A stretch of DNA of 54,410 nt, counting the filler, from Bipalium vagum (taxonomy: Eukaryota), in assembly GCA_037834085.1 (NCBI GenBank). It is 3 parts of 3 records of this genome, joined end to end, with 100 filler letters (N's around TTAATTAATTAA, not from the genome) between each part and the next. Parts side by side here need not be neighbours in the genome. Positions count along the whole stretch, not along the records: positions 1 to 19,214 come from JBBMKC010007183.1; positions 19,315 to 38,045 come from JBBMKC010021088.1; 1 more part is not named here. One strand, 5' to 3'. Below the pieces are notes generated by a model, which was not told the origin of the DNA, did not search any database, and saw only the letters and a program-made list of their open reading frames with translations. The position numbers were made by a program, and so were the translations under genes. Within the stretch, counting starts at the first letter, position 1. Each line of letters starts with the position of its first letter. Of this stretch, positions 12,962 through 25,153 are shown piece after piece.

Positions 12962-14738
12962 TGGCTTATGATGAAAAATAATTAATTTTCATTGGTCAAT
13001 ATTTTCTTTTTTGACTTTCATGTTACATTCTGCTCAACGGTGATTAATATTTTTTTTCATTCATTGTTTGCTGTCAAAATAGCTTAATTAAAAAAATTAA
13101 TTATTATTATTTAATTGGTAAAAAATTTAAATTTACATTAAATTATTAAAAAATTCATAATTTTATTTTCACATGTTTCCATTTAAAAAACTATGAAAAA
13201 TAGAGATAATTTAAAATTTTCTAGTTAATTTTATGGAGTGAATTTGAAGACATTCAAATTCAAATATCGGAATTTTACTTTATGAAATTTATTAAATATT
13301 TCACTTAAAGAATTTAAATGATAAAATTTTAAAAATAATTTTTTAACTAATTAAAATATAATGTACTTTCGGACTACAGAAAACTGTGAAAAAATATATT
13401 AAAATGTAATTTAATATATGAAAAACGAAAATCATTGAATAATAATATTAGAAAGTTTACCATGAAATAATAAATAATAGTGGAATTGAAAGTTGATGTC
13501 AGGGAAAAGTCACGGTTGAACAGATATTGATTTTCTTCAAATCAATTCATAATTGTAAATTATTTTTCTTTGAGTACTTTTTTAAAAAAAATCAATAGAA
13601 ATAATAACTTTTGCTTCTTTTAATGAACTGTGATCAGTGAACTGAGGAAATTGCAATAATTAGATCAATATTGTCTAATGTTAATTGAATTAATTTTAAC
13701 ATTATTCTTTTACATTAATTTGAAAGTATTATTTTACAGAGTCCAGACAATAATTTTTGGAAAATGTTTTGTTTAAAATTGAAAAAAGAAAGAGGAAAAG
13801 AAATAAGGCAAAATATTTTATTTATTTAAAATTAAAAAGCGTAATAAATAATTTGAAAATCAATGTAATCATAAATAATTAGTGCTATTCAAAATTTGAT
13901 AAAATAATAACTTAAAATTATTAAAAATAAATAACTATATAGCTAATTTTAAAGAGTTATTTATACTAATTAAAATCCTTAATAATCATTTTTAAAAATT
14001 CAACTTTTTAACTTGTATTATTATTATTATTATTATTTACTATTATAGTTTTTAATAATAAAATATTTAAATAATTTTTGTTAATTAACCAATAATATAT
14101 TAAAATTTCTGACATTAAAAAAATTATCGATTTATAAGAAAATAAAAATCTGAAAAATTAGAACTTTATTATTCGATTGTAAAATTTGGTTGATCTTTTT
14201 CTCAAACGAAACCCATTTAACCAAAAATTAACGAATTTTCCACACAGAAAAATATTAATTCATTTACTTTTATGAAAATTTTTCCAATTTACTTTTTCCG
14301 TATTAAATTTAATAAATTTTAAAGATAAAAATATTTTGTTTTTTATTTTATTTTTTTACTTATCCAATAAAAATTTTTCTTGTACTTACTTTGTGAATAT
14401 ATTTTTTGTTTTAATTTCCTGAATGAAACTCAGATTTAAATCTTCATTTTCAAAGGGATTTCATTATTTTAAAAATAAATTTGAATTCTCTTCTTGTATT
14501 AGGCGTCATATCAATTATAAGTGCAGTTTCCTCTGATAATAATTAACAAAATATTTTTTTCATGCAGTATATAATATCATTAATATTTAATGAGATATAT
14601 TAGATAATTTTCGAAAATTGATTATTTTTCATAATGTTTTATTTATGATAACGTTTCCAAAAAAAATTGTGTAAAAAGTTTCCTTATTATGTGCAAATAT
14701 ATGGAGCTTAGCTAATTTTCATCCTAACATTATTTTAT

Positions 14739-15560
14739 TATTGAGTTGCTCTTTGGAAAAGTAATGACCAATTTTTGATCGATTTATATTAATCAATAAA
14801 CTTTTTATACATTATTTCATCAAATCATAATAAATTAAGAACAGCTTGTTTAAATAATATAATTTATTTAAAATATTTGCAGTTAATTTAAAAATGGAAA
14901 GCTTTCAAAGATTAGAGAAACATTTAAGAAATTGCATGCTATTTGAAATTGACCAAGGCAGTTCAGTAGCAGTGGCCACGTGGAAGATCAATGGTATTTT
15001 TTGAGAAAACCTTGGATAAGGGAAGCTACGAAGAACGTTTTCAAAGTTTAAATCTGGAAACTTTGATTTGGAGAATGCTTCAAAATCAAGAAGGCTATCG
15101 GCCATAAATGACCAGGGAAGGGAAAATCCTCTGGTAATCCTGAATGAAATCTTAAGAAACTTTCGAAGCATTTCGATCAACAATATTTGATCACATCAAA
15201 TCAAAAGGTAAAATACCTTGAAGAAAGATGGCTTCCGCATGTATTTCATGCAACAAATGAATAAACTATTACTTTCTCTTTCACCATCTTATTCCCCAGA
15301 TATAGCCGCTCTGACTATTCATTATTCAATTGATGCAGCAGTTCCTTTATGATAAAGGTCTTTAGAATAAAGATGCTATCAAAAATTAAATTCTCCAGTT
15401 TCCTCTCAAAAGATAAAAAATTTTACAAAAGTGAGATTGCAAAATTGGGATCTTATTGGCAATAAATCATAGAAACGGTACGGACTTCTTTAATGATTGC
15501 ATAATTGATAATTATAACAATTTTGTATTGTGATTGATTGAATAAAAAAGTGACATGTTA
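14739..15560 (+). mobile_element. Internally deleted mariner
   Basis: From 14894: MESFQRLEKHLRNCMLFEIDQGSS...FSKFKSGNFDLENASKSRR, later SPSYSPDIA and a C-terminal WQ.IIE. A TIR-like start TTGAGTTG...GAAAAGTAATGAC is present. Confidence 0.8.
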
Positions 15561-15580
15561 TTATAAAAATTGTTTAGCTT

Positions 15581-15673
15581 TGTTAATTGAAAATTCATCT
15601 GAGATAAATAGGATTCAGACCCACGAAAAACTCTGACCGCTGAGCTACATACCCACACTAATTTTTAATCAAA
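15581..15673 (-). mobile_element. tRNA-Ala-derived short repeat, copy 2 (diverged, internally deleted)
   Basis: Minus strand reads TTGATTAAAAATTAGTGTGGGTATGTAGCTCAGCGGTCAGAG...GGGTCTGAATCC...ATCTCAGATGAATTTTCAATTAAC, sharing the head, B-box remnant and tail with copy 1. Confidence 0.7.
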
Positions 15674-16259
15674 AGCTTAATTCTTCATCTGTTATTTTAT
15701 AAATTAATTTTTATAAAATATTCTGTTTGGTTTGCATTCATTTTGATACCAGGTTAAACTAGATATACCACACTATAATGAGGAAACCTAAGAAATCACT
15801 CTTTTAATATTTATAAAATAATAACTATTAATTAAATATAAAAAATAATAAAATATAAATAATATAAAAGTTTTATAAATATATAACAATAAATTTTCTA
15901 ATGTAAACTGATAATTTTTTAAAAATAATATTAAATATTAATTAATATAAATAATTAATTTATTATGATAAACAAAGGTGATTAAAAATTTTTTATAAAT
16001 CAATATATTTTTCAATAATATTAAAAGAAACATAATTTAATTTGAATTTTTAATATCATACATATTCATATTTGCAATAATTATTTCCTTTAATATCATT
16101 GGTTGTTTGAAAAGTTAATTAGCGTGTCTCATAAGGTATATTTTTAAAAGTAATTTGTAAGCGGTTTTCATCGTCTCTTGTAAAAACAAGACTTTTATCA
16201 AAAAGAAATTTATTAGCTGCTTTTGCACTTTGAGCAATGATTTAAATGTAATAGAACTA

Positions 16260-16470
16260 CAGGGTTTTTCATAAGTAACTGACATTTTTTAAATGAATGA
16301 TTTATTATTAAATTTTTAATTCTTGGAATTCTTAGCCATTTAGAAAATATTATTTTCCATGCGTAAATTTTATGTCTAAATAAATTTTTATAGAAAAAAT
16401 CTGTCTTAGTTTTCATTTTATAAAAAGATATTTAAAAAATAAAATAGTCAGTTACTTATGAAACACCCTG
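16260..16470. mobile_element. MITE with Tc1/mariner CAGGG-type TIRs
   Basis: TIRs CAGGGTTTTTCATAAGTAACTGAC / GTCAGTTACTTATGAAACACCCTG (23/24), TA on both flanks. Confidence 0.9.
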
Positions 16471-16547
16471 TACTTTTAATGAATGATTTGATTAATTTAA
16501 AATTCTTATTTTCGTTATATAATTATAATAATTAATTTCCAAGCAAT

Positions 16548-16548
<1 letters not shown>

Positions 16549-16585
<37 letters not shown>
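16549..16585. repeat. (AAT)n microsatellite
   Basis: Directly visible. Confidence 0.9.
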
Positions 16586-16589
<4 letters not shown>

Positions 16590-18692
16590 GGTTACGATTC
16601 CAAGTAACTATATTCACGTCACATCATCATTATCACAGTTTTATAATCTTTTATTTTTAACACAATATTCTGCCAAGAATGTTAAAAAATATATTATTTC
16701 ATTTCGTCAGTTGTTAAAATGAAATTTCTGTGACGAGCAGATTATTATTTATTTTTAAATTAATATTTTTAAAAAGTTAGAAGATCTTTGTGAAAATTGT
16801 CTAGAAGTTGGGAAAAAAATCAAGCAAGCGTCTACTCAATGAATTTGATATAATGTATCGCTAATTGGTATTTGCAGATTATAATTCTTCCTAATGAAGA
16901 AAAAATTAAAATATTTTTATTTTTTCATAAAACATATAAAAATAATATTGAAAAAATCTCCATTGAACGAGGAAAAAAACAATATTTAATATTGATATTA
17001 TTATTATTATGAAATAATCACTCTATAAAAATCATTTTTAAAATCGATTTAATAAAATTAATCTTAAATGTTTTCTGAATAATTGTTTTATTTATACTAA
17101 ATTATTTATATTAATAAAATAATTATATTAATTTACGAAAATATCCCTACGAACACTTTTCATCATCATAGGAAATGTTTAATTAAAAATAATGGGTTTT
17201 ATAAATATTTAGAGAAATTTATTTGATTTAATCAACATATCGAAATCTTATGTAAAAAAGATTAAAAATTTCTAAAAATATTTTATTTTATTACTAATGG
17301 AAATTTAATTTTAATTTTACTTTTTAAATATAAAAATAATATTCGGTTGTCCTGAAAATCTTCCATAATTTTTTCAATAGAAAACATTTGAATATTCGTG
17401 ACAACGACCCCTTTTATTTGTGCACCATCATTAGCTAACTAGAGACCTTGAACCTTCTTAAAATAACGTCAAATATAATTGGATATTATTTAAACAAACT
17501 CAACTACGTTGTGAATTATGAAAAATATTATATTCATTTCTTATTTATTACTTTCCTATAAATCAATAAATAAAGTTAATAAATTAATAAATCATTAATA
17601 TTTAATTTCAAAAGTGTAAAGAAAATTATTTTAGATCAATAAAATAGAAAAAATATTATTAATAAATATAAAACGCTTCAAAATTGATTGATAAATTTTT
17701 GAAGATCTGAAAAATTATGATTTCATTTGATAATTAATTTAATTAATTAATTAGATTAATATTTGAATTTTATTTCATCAATATTAATTACTAATACCTT
17801 TTTAATAACCAATTAATTTTGCATAAAAATTAAAAAATGATTAACTTATTGTGACATGATCAAATGGTTCGCAAAATTTGCAGTTCAGGAAGAAATGTCA
17901 GAATTTTAACAAATTAATTTTCATGAATAATTTTCATTATTAGTACATATATGTTAATATTTATAAATTTATTCATTTATTAATATTTATAAATTTTCAT
18001 TACTTTAAAAATTACAATAATTTATAAGTAACACATTAAAGCAATTTTTAAGTGAAATAAGATTAAAAAAAATTAATTAGAATAATAAATAAATAAATAA
18101 TAATATTATAAACTAAAATAATAATTCATCAATATTTTTTGCCTCTAGACAGACGATAATATCTTATTTACTTAAAAATAATCTTAATTTTTTTCGTTCT
18201 TAATGAAGAGATTTTTTATGCCAAAATTATTCAAAGTTAATCGAAAACTGACAACAATATTAAAACAAATTAAAATTCCATTGTATATTGTACACAAACA
18301 GATAATAATTACAAGCAATATATATTTGCTACTGATGCGACGAAATCATTATTTTCAAGAGATCAAATTAAATCTTCATTATTAAAATTTAATATAATAA
18401 TTTTTTGCTAAATTTGATATGCGTTATTTAGCCTTTGAGCAAAAGAAGTAAATATTTCCTCGAAAGAAAAATAAAATTTTAATTATTTTAATTGAAAGTG
18501 AAATAGATATTTTCACAAAAAAACACCACGATAAAACATTACATTGTAGAAATTATAAATATAAAAAAATAATAATATTATAATAGAAATAAATATTAAA
18601 ATAATAATATTAAAATAGAAATAATAATAATTATTATAATTAAAAAGATAATAAAAAATATTAATTAATAATATTAAAAAAATTGAAAATAA

Positions 18693-18721
18693 AATAATAA
18701 TAATAATAATAATAATAATAA
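18693..18721. repeat. (AAT)n microsatellite
   Basis: Directly visible. Confidence 0.85.
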
Positions 18722-18828
18722 AGCATTTTAATTATAGAGGGAACTTAGAATTGAGTTGATCATAGGAATATATGCGCCGTTACAAATGCATTAACCTCTT
18801 GCAATTATCTCAAAATTAAACAACTAAC

Positions 18829-18929
18829 TCTAATTTTTCCATTTGCTTCAGTAGGGGGTTTCCATTTAATTCGAACACTTGTTTCACTGAGTAAAGAAAT
18901 TGAAATAGATTTTGGAGCAGAAGATGGCT
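18829..18929 (-). CDS. Exon encoding the N-terminal third of an FN3 domain (LAR-type receptor PTP-like; DCC/neogenin-like is the alternative)
   Basis: tttatag|AG...AGA|gttagt; 101 nt, phase 1 to 0. Translation PSSAPKSISISLLSETSVRIKWKPPTEANGKIR closely parallels LAR-family 'PSSAP....LS.T.I...W..P.E.NG.I'. This exon is missing from the ORF track. Confidence 0.88.
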
Positions 18930-19214
18930 CTATAAACATAATTGATAAATTAATTACTTTACATAAATACAAATCTTGAAACATTATATTTTATTTTGAT
19001 ATTTATACAAGAATTACGTATTATTAAATTATTTTTTTTATTATTTCCATTTTCAATTTCAATTTGAAAAATAATATTTCTCATAATTTTTTTCACTTAA
19101 AAATTTATTTTCAAAAATCGAATTAATTATTAAGTATATTATTAACTATATATTAATTAACATATTTAATAATTATATAATATTCATATTTAATAAATTA
19201 TAAAAATTTTACAC

Positions 19215-19314
19215 NNNNNNNNNNNNNNNNNNNNNNNNNNNNNNNNNNNNNNNNNNNNTTAATTAATTAANNNNNNNNNNNNNNNNNNNNNNNNNNNNNN
19301 NNNNNNNNNNNNNN
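19215..19314. other. Artificial assembly spacer (44 N + TTAATTAATTAA + 44 N)
   Basis: Exactly 100 nt. The central palindrome gives stops in all six frames and is identical to the spacer at 38046. Confidence 0.97.

Positions 19315-19383
<69 letters not shown>
19315..19383. repeat. (AAT)n microsatellite at contig start
   Basis: Directly visible; it may be what broke the assembly. Confidence 0.95.
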
Positions 19384-19386
<3 letters not shown>

Positions 19387-19441
19387 TGTTATGGAAATGT
19401 TATAAAAATGAACTAAATAATGATCAAATTGTTTTCTACAG

Positions 19442-19598
19442 GGAACAGAGAGTGATCAAAGCTTAACATCAATGATAGCCTGTAGTGATCAAGGTGTTGA
19501 GGATAAGCTTCTTTTTGTGGGAGATAGATTTGGATTTATTTCTGTGTGGAATATTGAAAACTATGCAACAACAAAAGTAGAAGATAATTGCCCTGAAT
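19442..19598 (+). CDS. WD40-repeat protein (WDR49/WDR64/WDY-like), first exon seen in the window (gene is 5'-partial)
   Basis: ctacag|GGA...GAAT|gttagt. Translation GTESDQSLTSMIACSDQGVEDKLLFVGDRFGFISVWNIENYATTKVEDNCPE has a WD-type 'GD..G.I.VW.I' end; phase 1. Confidence 0.88.
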
Positions 19599-19651
19599 GT
19601 TAGTGTTAATAAAAACACATTTTCCATTAAAGATTTTTATAATTTTGTCAG

Positions 19652-19986
19652 TATTACGAAGATGGAGGGCTCATACAAGTTCCGTAACAAACATTGATCT
19701 GGTGGTGTCATCACAGGCAGTAATTAGTTCTTCAGAAGATTGCACAGTCCGCGTTTGGACATTTGAAGGAGAATTTGTAGGCACATTTGGACAAACAGAA
19801 CCGTGGAATTTGTCTGATTCTAAAACATTTCAACATCCAATGGTTCCATATGATGTTCTAGTGCATCCTCAAAGTTTGCCCGACCATCCAGTGTTAGGTC
19901 CAAGGATGAGTGTAGAGCAAAGAAGAGAGCAAAGTAAAGATATATCTGCCCAGAAATTAAAAACTGCTCGACAGCAGACATTACAA
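19652..19986 (+). CDS. WD40-repeat protein (WDR49/WDR64/WDY-like), exon 2 in window
   Basis: Follows a 53-nt intron. Translation LLRRWRAHTSSVTNIDLV...ISSSEDCTVRVWTFEGEFVGTFGQTEPWNL...HPMVPYDVL; 'WRAH...S.DC.VR.WT..G.F.GTFGQ..PW' is typical of the family's last repeat. Donor CAA|gtgatc. Confidence 0.92.
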
Positions 19987-20032
19987 GTGATCATTTTATT
20001 CAATAATTGTCTTAAGTTTTATTAATTATTAG

Positions 20033-20136
20033 TCGGAGAACTCGGGTTTCAGTTATAAAACCAGCACCTCTATCGATGACGAGCAAATTAATCAACAAAT
20101 TGAACAAAAAATTTACAAAGATGGCAAAGGGAAAAG
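20033..20136 (+). CDS. WD40-repeat protein, exon 3 in window
   Basis: Follows a 46-nt intron; ttattag|TCG...AAAAG|gtaaac. Translation SENSGFSYKTSTSIDDEQINQQIEQKIYKDGKGK; phase 0 to 2. Confidence 0.85.
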
Positions 20137-20179
20137 GTAAACATAAAACAAAAATAAATTATTCAATAACAGTCGTTAG

Positions 20180-20339
20180 ATTACGTTTTGAGAGATTAAA
20201 GCCGCGAATTGCTTTGTTGGATGACGGAGGACCTAATGAATATCGCTCGTTACAGGTTTTTGAGCTGGCAGAAACGCCGTCCCAAAGACAACCTGAAGTT
20301 CTGAATCAAAGGAAAGACATATTTCAGTTCTTTGATTGA
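20180..20339 (+). CDS. WD40-repeat protein, terminal exon
   Basis: Follows a 43-nt intron; cgttag|A gives RLRFERLKPRIALLDDGGPNEYRSLQVFELAETP...QFFD*. An AATAAA lies about 70 nt downstream. Confidence 0.85.
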
Positions 20340-20847
20340 CATTATTCAAAAAAAATACGAGGGCTAATTTTTATTTTTCATTGTACATGGTGCTTGATTT
20401 TGTAATTTTATAATAAATACATTTTTACAAATAAGAAGGTAAATGAAAAAGATGTTATTAATAATCACGTGGAGATCGTTATTTATTTCTTTAGTTTTAA
20501 CTTCTAGAGTAATGAAAGCATTGAACCTTTCGGTTATGGGGGTTTTTGTGAAGGTCATTCGAAAATTAATGGTTGATTTAGCAGTTGATCACAACTTTGA
20601 AAACATAATAAACATGATATTTTTTCTTTCTATTTTTAGATAAATTTTTCTGATTAATATCACGACTACCCTGAGATTACTTTAATATTTCACTTATCAT
20701 TGTTACAAATAATTAGAGTTAAGTCATTTTATTTCCCATTTCCTCACGAATTCAAACTTAACAATAGCTTAAATGAAAATGTTAAAGGTTAATAAGGATC
20801 TACACCTTATAAAATATCAACTTTAACATTTCAAAGGAGTTAATATA

Positions 20848-21049
20848 CAGGAACTTCCAAAAGAAGCTTTACTACTTTTAACACATTAAATACTAAGTAG
20901 TTTTTGTTTAAATGACATCATATTTAAAATAAAAATTTTTTGTAATATCTGTGTTTAAATAAAGGTATAAATAAAATTACTTGGCTTTTAATTTTTATGT
21001 ACGGAGAAATAGCGACTTAAAGTAGTAAAGCTTCTTTTGAACGACCCTG
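20848..21049. mobile_element. MITE with Tc1/mariner-type TIRs
   Basis: CAGGAACTTCCAAAAGAAGCTTTACTACTTT / AAAGTAGTAAAGCTTCTTTTGAACGACCCTG, with TA flanks. Confidence 0.85.
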
Positions 21050-21261
21050 TATTAACATTTATATCAACCAAACCCACTATATCAGACTAGTTTGACAATA
21101 ATTTTATCGAAAATGATACACAATAAAACAATAAACGTTATATTTCCCAACTCAATTTATTCAATAAATATCAATAATGTTCTCAACTGTACTACGGTCA
21201 ATGTCAAAATACTCAGCTATCTCGCACTTCATATCACAACTGATTTGTATCAAGTATATAT

Positions 21262-21545
21262 ATCGGGTGTACAAATAAGTCTTAAATCCTTTTTATTTAA
21301 ACGCATTTCTTCAATGTAATCTTGAGAACTAATTATTTTTTAACATTTTTTATTTGAAGCATTTTATCGGTTTGTTTTATTATCTATTAATAGTCTAGAG
21401 TTAAACGTAATATTTAATATAGAAACTGTGAATGACAAAGTCTTTATTCGGTAAAACATTCGCTATGAATTTCACCAGGGAAAATGCCCTGCTACAGCCT
21501 ATGAATCAGTATGTTCTGAACGTGGAGATGATGTTGTTTCCAAAA
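21262..21545 (+). mobile_element. Mariner 5' fragment
   Basis: TIR-like TATCGGGTGTACAAATAAGTC, then DKVFIR*NIRYEFHQGKCPATAYESVCSERGDDVVSK (mariner N-terminal HTH). Confidence 0.7.
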
Positions 21546-21639
21546 GTTGGATTCAACAATTCATTCATATGCTTAAAGTTAATTTATAGGTTTTATTTTT
21601 ATTACCGGTTATGATGTGTGATAAGAAATACTAATGCTG

Positions 21640-22220
21640 CTGTGGAGAAGAGTAAATACGTGTAAGTAAAATGTCGCCAATTACAACCCTCTGATGTTTG
21701 TCAAAAATATGAGATACCCAAAATCAAATTTTTTCACCTTTCTTATTTTATACAAATGCCGGGCAATTATATGTTCATCTATATCCATGTTATCTGCCAA
21801 TTCGTGAGTAGCTTAACTCGAATTTTACTGCAGCAATTGATTTAGGTAGTTTCATCGACATCCAATCTTCTTGAACGTGGCACATCATCCAATTCGAAAT
21901 TGTGGTCTATGAATCGGAAAATATTTACGACGTCCTTTCGCTAATATAACCTTTCCCATAAACTAGTGACCCCTATAGGTTTTGGTCCCCGATTATACTT
22001 CAACAATATTATATGCCAAAAATGCTCGTTTTTTCTGTTTGACATTCCACTCTAGCTTTCATAAGCTAAATAAAAAAATTTTTAAAAATAACCGAGTAAC
22101 GTTTACTTACATATTAAAAAATTAATAATCAACAAACCTGATTTTTCAAATTTTATGTTCATTGCTGGTATGTGTAATGAATTTAAGAAAACTGATAGGA
22201 CTTATGCATCAATAATTTTC
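21640..22220 (-). mobile_element. Mariner 5' half, degenerate
   Basis: With frameshifts: ECQTEK.EHFWHIILLKYNRG...VYGKGYISERT...NFELDDVPRSRR...ATHELADNM...IARHLYKIRKVKKFD-WVSH. Confidence 0.8.
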
Positions 22221-24605
22221 ACTGAAACCTGATAATTTTGGCACCTCTAAAACTTTGACATTAATAATCACGGTTTTGCTCTTTAATTCACTGTAAAATT
22301 GAAAAATATCAAATTTAGACAATTTCCTTTTGAATTAAAATAAATTTAATTATTTTAATTTTAAAATAAATATTTTATATTTTTAAAATAATTATTTTAT
22401 AACAGATTTAACAAAAAGTTGTCTTACTTTTATTGAATTTAATTGTTCTGTTTTTATTATATATTTTGTTTACCGATTTTAAAGAAATTTTTGCAATAAT
22501 AATTGTAAATATTTCATTTAAAGCTATATTTACTTTATTTATTTTCTTACATAATATGAAAAAACGATATCCGATTAATCTCTATATTCCTTGAGAGAAA
22601 ATAGAAATAATTATAAAATAAATATTAAAATTGGAAAACTGGGTAAAAATATGAGGAGAATTATAAATTATTCTGATATAGTTTACCAAACATTTGTTTA
22701 TTTAAACAATAAATGCAAACATAATATTTACAAATTTAACAATCTATTTGGAAATACTGTGAACATATAATGTATTATGATTATATATTTAATATACAGA
22801 ATAACATCAATTATTTATTTTTAATGAATGAATGAAAAATTTCTGTATGAGAAAATAAAAATATTTGGAAGAATTTCTGAAAAATAAAAAATATATTTTA
22901 TTTAAAAACATATTTAATTTTGTTAGAATATTTATTTTAAGTTACTTTTTTTATCATAAAATTTAAAAATTAATTATAATAATATTAAAAAGTTATAAAG
23001 TATATTATTGTGACAAATATTATTATATTAATCTTATTAAATTATAGGTTTGAAAAAAATTAACCTTTTTGAAAATTCGCAATTCAACAGTTATAGGAAA
23101 GGTAATATCATTTTGATGAAAAGTAAAAGGGGACAGCAGGAAAGAAAAAGAAAATTGAAGAATTAAAATAATATTGATTGATGAAAGTAATAAAAATCAA
23201 TTTAAATAATAATTAATAATGTGAGATAAATTGGAAATTAGTCCAAATATCCAATAATAAGTGTAGCGTTCTAAGTCAATTTAACATCTGAAATGTCCCA
23301 TGTAGTTAAATCAAAAAGTTCAAGATAAATTGTATTTTTATATAATCCTTCGTTTAACTATACTCATTTATTGATAGTACAAATAATGGAAAAATGTTTT
23401 TTATAATTTTATTTATAACTTCAGAATACAATAGAAGACCGGTACTGTTAGAATGTCCAGGAAAATGTCCAAAATATCATTAATTGGCTTCGCTTTAGCA
23501 GAAAACAGTTTACAAAATTGCTAAATGGTTTAAGGAGGAGATTGACAAAGATGATCTAAATAAGAAAAACCTATATTATGACGTTATGATTCAAACAGGA
23601 ATCAAATGTCCATAGCTTAAGATTGAGAAGATTGATACTGTAATACCAAACATATGACTGACAGCAAAAAAAATTAACATGATCAAGTTAACAGTTAGTT
23701 TAGGTACGATATATTTTATAAATCTTTTGTCCTCCGATGAAGAGATTATTTCACAGAAAAGGAAAACTCAAAACCATAAACTTAAAACACATGTTTTACT
23801 TAATATGCCATGAAGCACTTTTTACTGGGTTTCTGTAGTTATTTTGTGAAGAGAAATACTTTGTTCAAAACAATTAAGTCGAAAAAATGACTACTGGATC
23901 CACCAGTATGCATCTATTATTCCGAAGATATTGAATTATAATTTTCCAGCATTTGTCATCCTATGTCATATAAGATAATATGAATGTTTTTATCTTCATA
24001 CCCATAGTCTTTGCTGTCAAATTTTATTTCCTTTTCTCTATACATTTTATAAACATCTTTTTTACTGAAACTAAAATAAAAAATAATCTTTAATACATTC
24101 AAATGCTGGTTGAAGAAAAACTATTTTAGGAAAACTAATAAAAAATCAGTCATTTAGAATAAAAAAAAGCTAAACATGTTTCGAAAAATCTGTGAATTCG
24201 GTTTCAGTAGGTTATACCTGCTTCAAATGAATACTGAAGCTTACTATTAATTCACCATTATCATCGATTATTTTATATTTTATTTCATTAATATTTTGTA
24301 TAATTAATGGATAATAAAATATAAATTTACGTGTTTCAATTTTTCTATCGGTTGGAAAGAAAGTTATAATTACTACATGTATTACTCTTCGTTTTTGTCC
24401 AGTAAATTAAATTTTATAAAAACTATTCTTGTGAATTATTGAATCACTTTAGAAAAATAAATCGTGAACTGTATTAAAAATAACGACATCGCTGAAATTC
24501 ATTTTAAAATTGTAATCTTGCTGTAAATCATTTCCTCTAAGTAAAATATAAAACATAAGTTTGTGGAAATTAATTACGACATGTTTGATTTAATTTATAT
24601 AAATA

Positions 24606-25153
24606 CAGGGTGAGTAATAAACAGCGCAACATGTTTGAAACAGCCTAATATTTTAACTGCTCAATGTCTGCACTCAAATGATATCAAAACGAACAGAATA
24701 TATTTGAAAACAACAATAAAAGTTCATTTGACGAAATGACTTCAAAGACTCTCAACATTTGGCAAGTCTGGAGGGGACAAATCTACATACTTTGCTGCAA
24801 ATATCTGTGGAGATGTTAACTATCTCTGGCCGAAATACTGTCTTAAGATCATCGAGTGTGCGTGGTTTTGATTCATAAACTTTATACTTCATTACTCACC
24901 ATAAAAAGAGGTCAAGTGGCATAAAATCGGGAGATCTTGGTGGCCGTACAATTTTGCCTCCTCGACCGATCCAGCGATGCGGAAACTCTTGATTGAGCCA
25001 GTCCCGAACCGTTTTGGCCCAATAGGCTGGTGAACCATCCTGCATGAACCACAGAAATTTGTCTTCTACCAGATAGCCAATCAATTTAAAATATTTAATT
25101 GTCACTGAAAAACATAAGACTTAAAGTGGTTGCGGTATTTATGACTCACCCTG
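24606..25153 (-). mobile_element. Non-autonomous DD41D (rosa/Visitor-type) Tc1/mariner element
   Basis: TIRs CAGGGTGAGTAATAAACAGCGCAAC / GTTGCGGTATTTATGACTCACCCTG with TA flanks. Translation WFMQDGSPAY...RWIGRGG...PPRSPDFMPLDLFLW has 41 residues between the QD and PLD aspartates (counted). The N-terminal part is deleted. Confidence 0.92.

Noticed and set aside
19259-19270. TTAATTAATTAA palindrome as a regulatory or piggyBac site
   Set aside because: It is centred in identical N runs twice, so it is an assembly linker.
23240-24260. Repeated ATGTCC motifs and coding-like text
   Set aside because: Probably a decayed TE, but no TIR pair or diagnostic motif was found.
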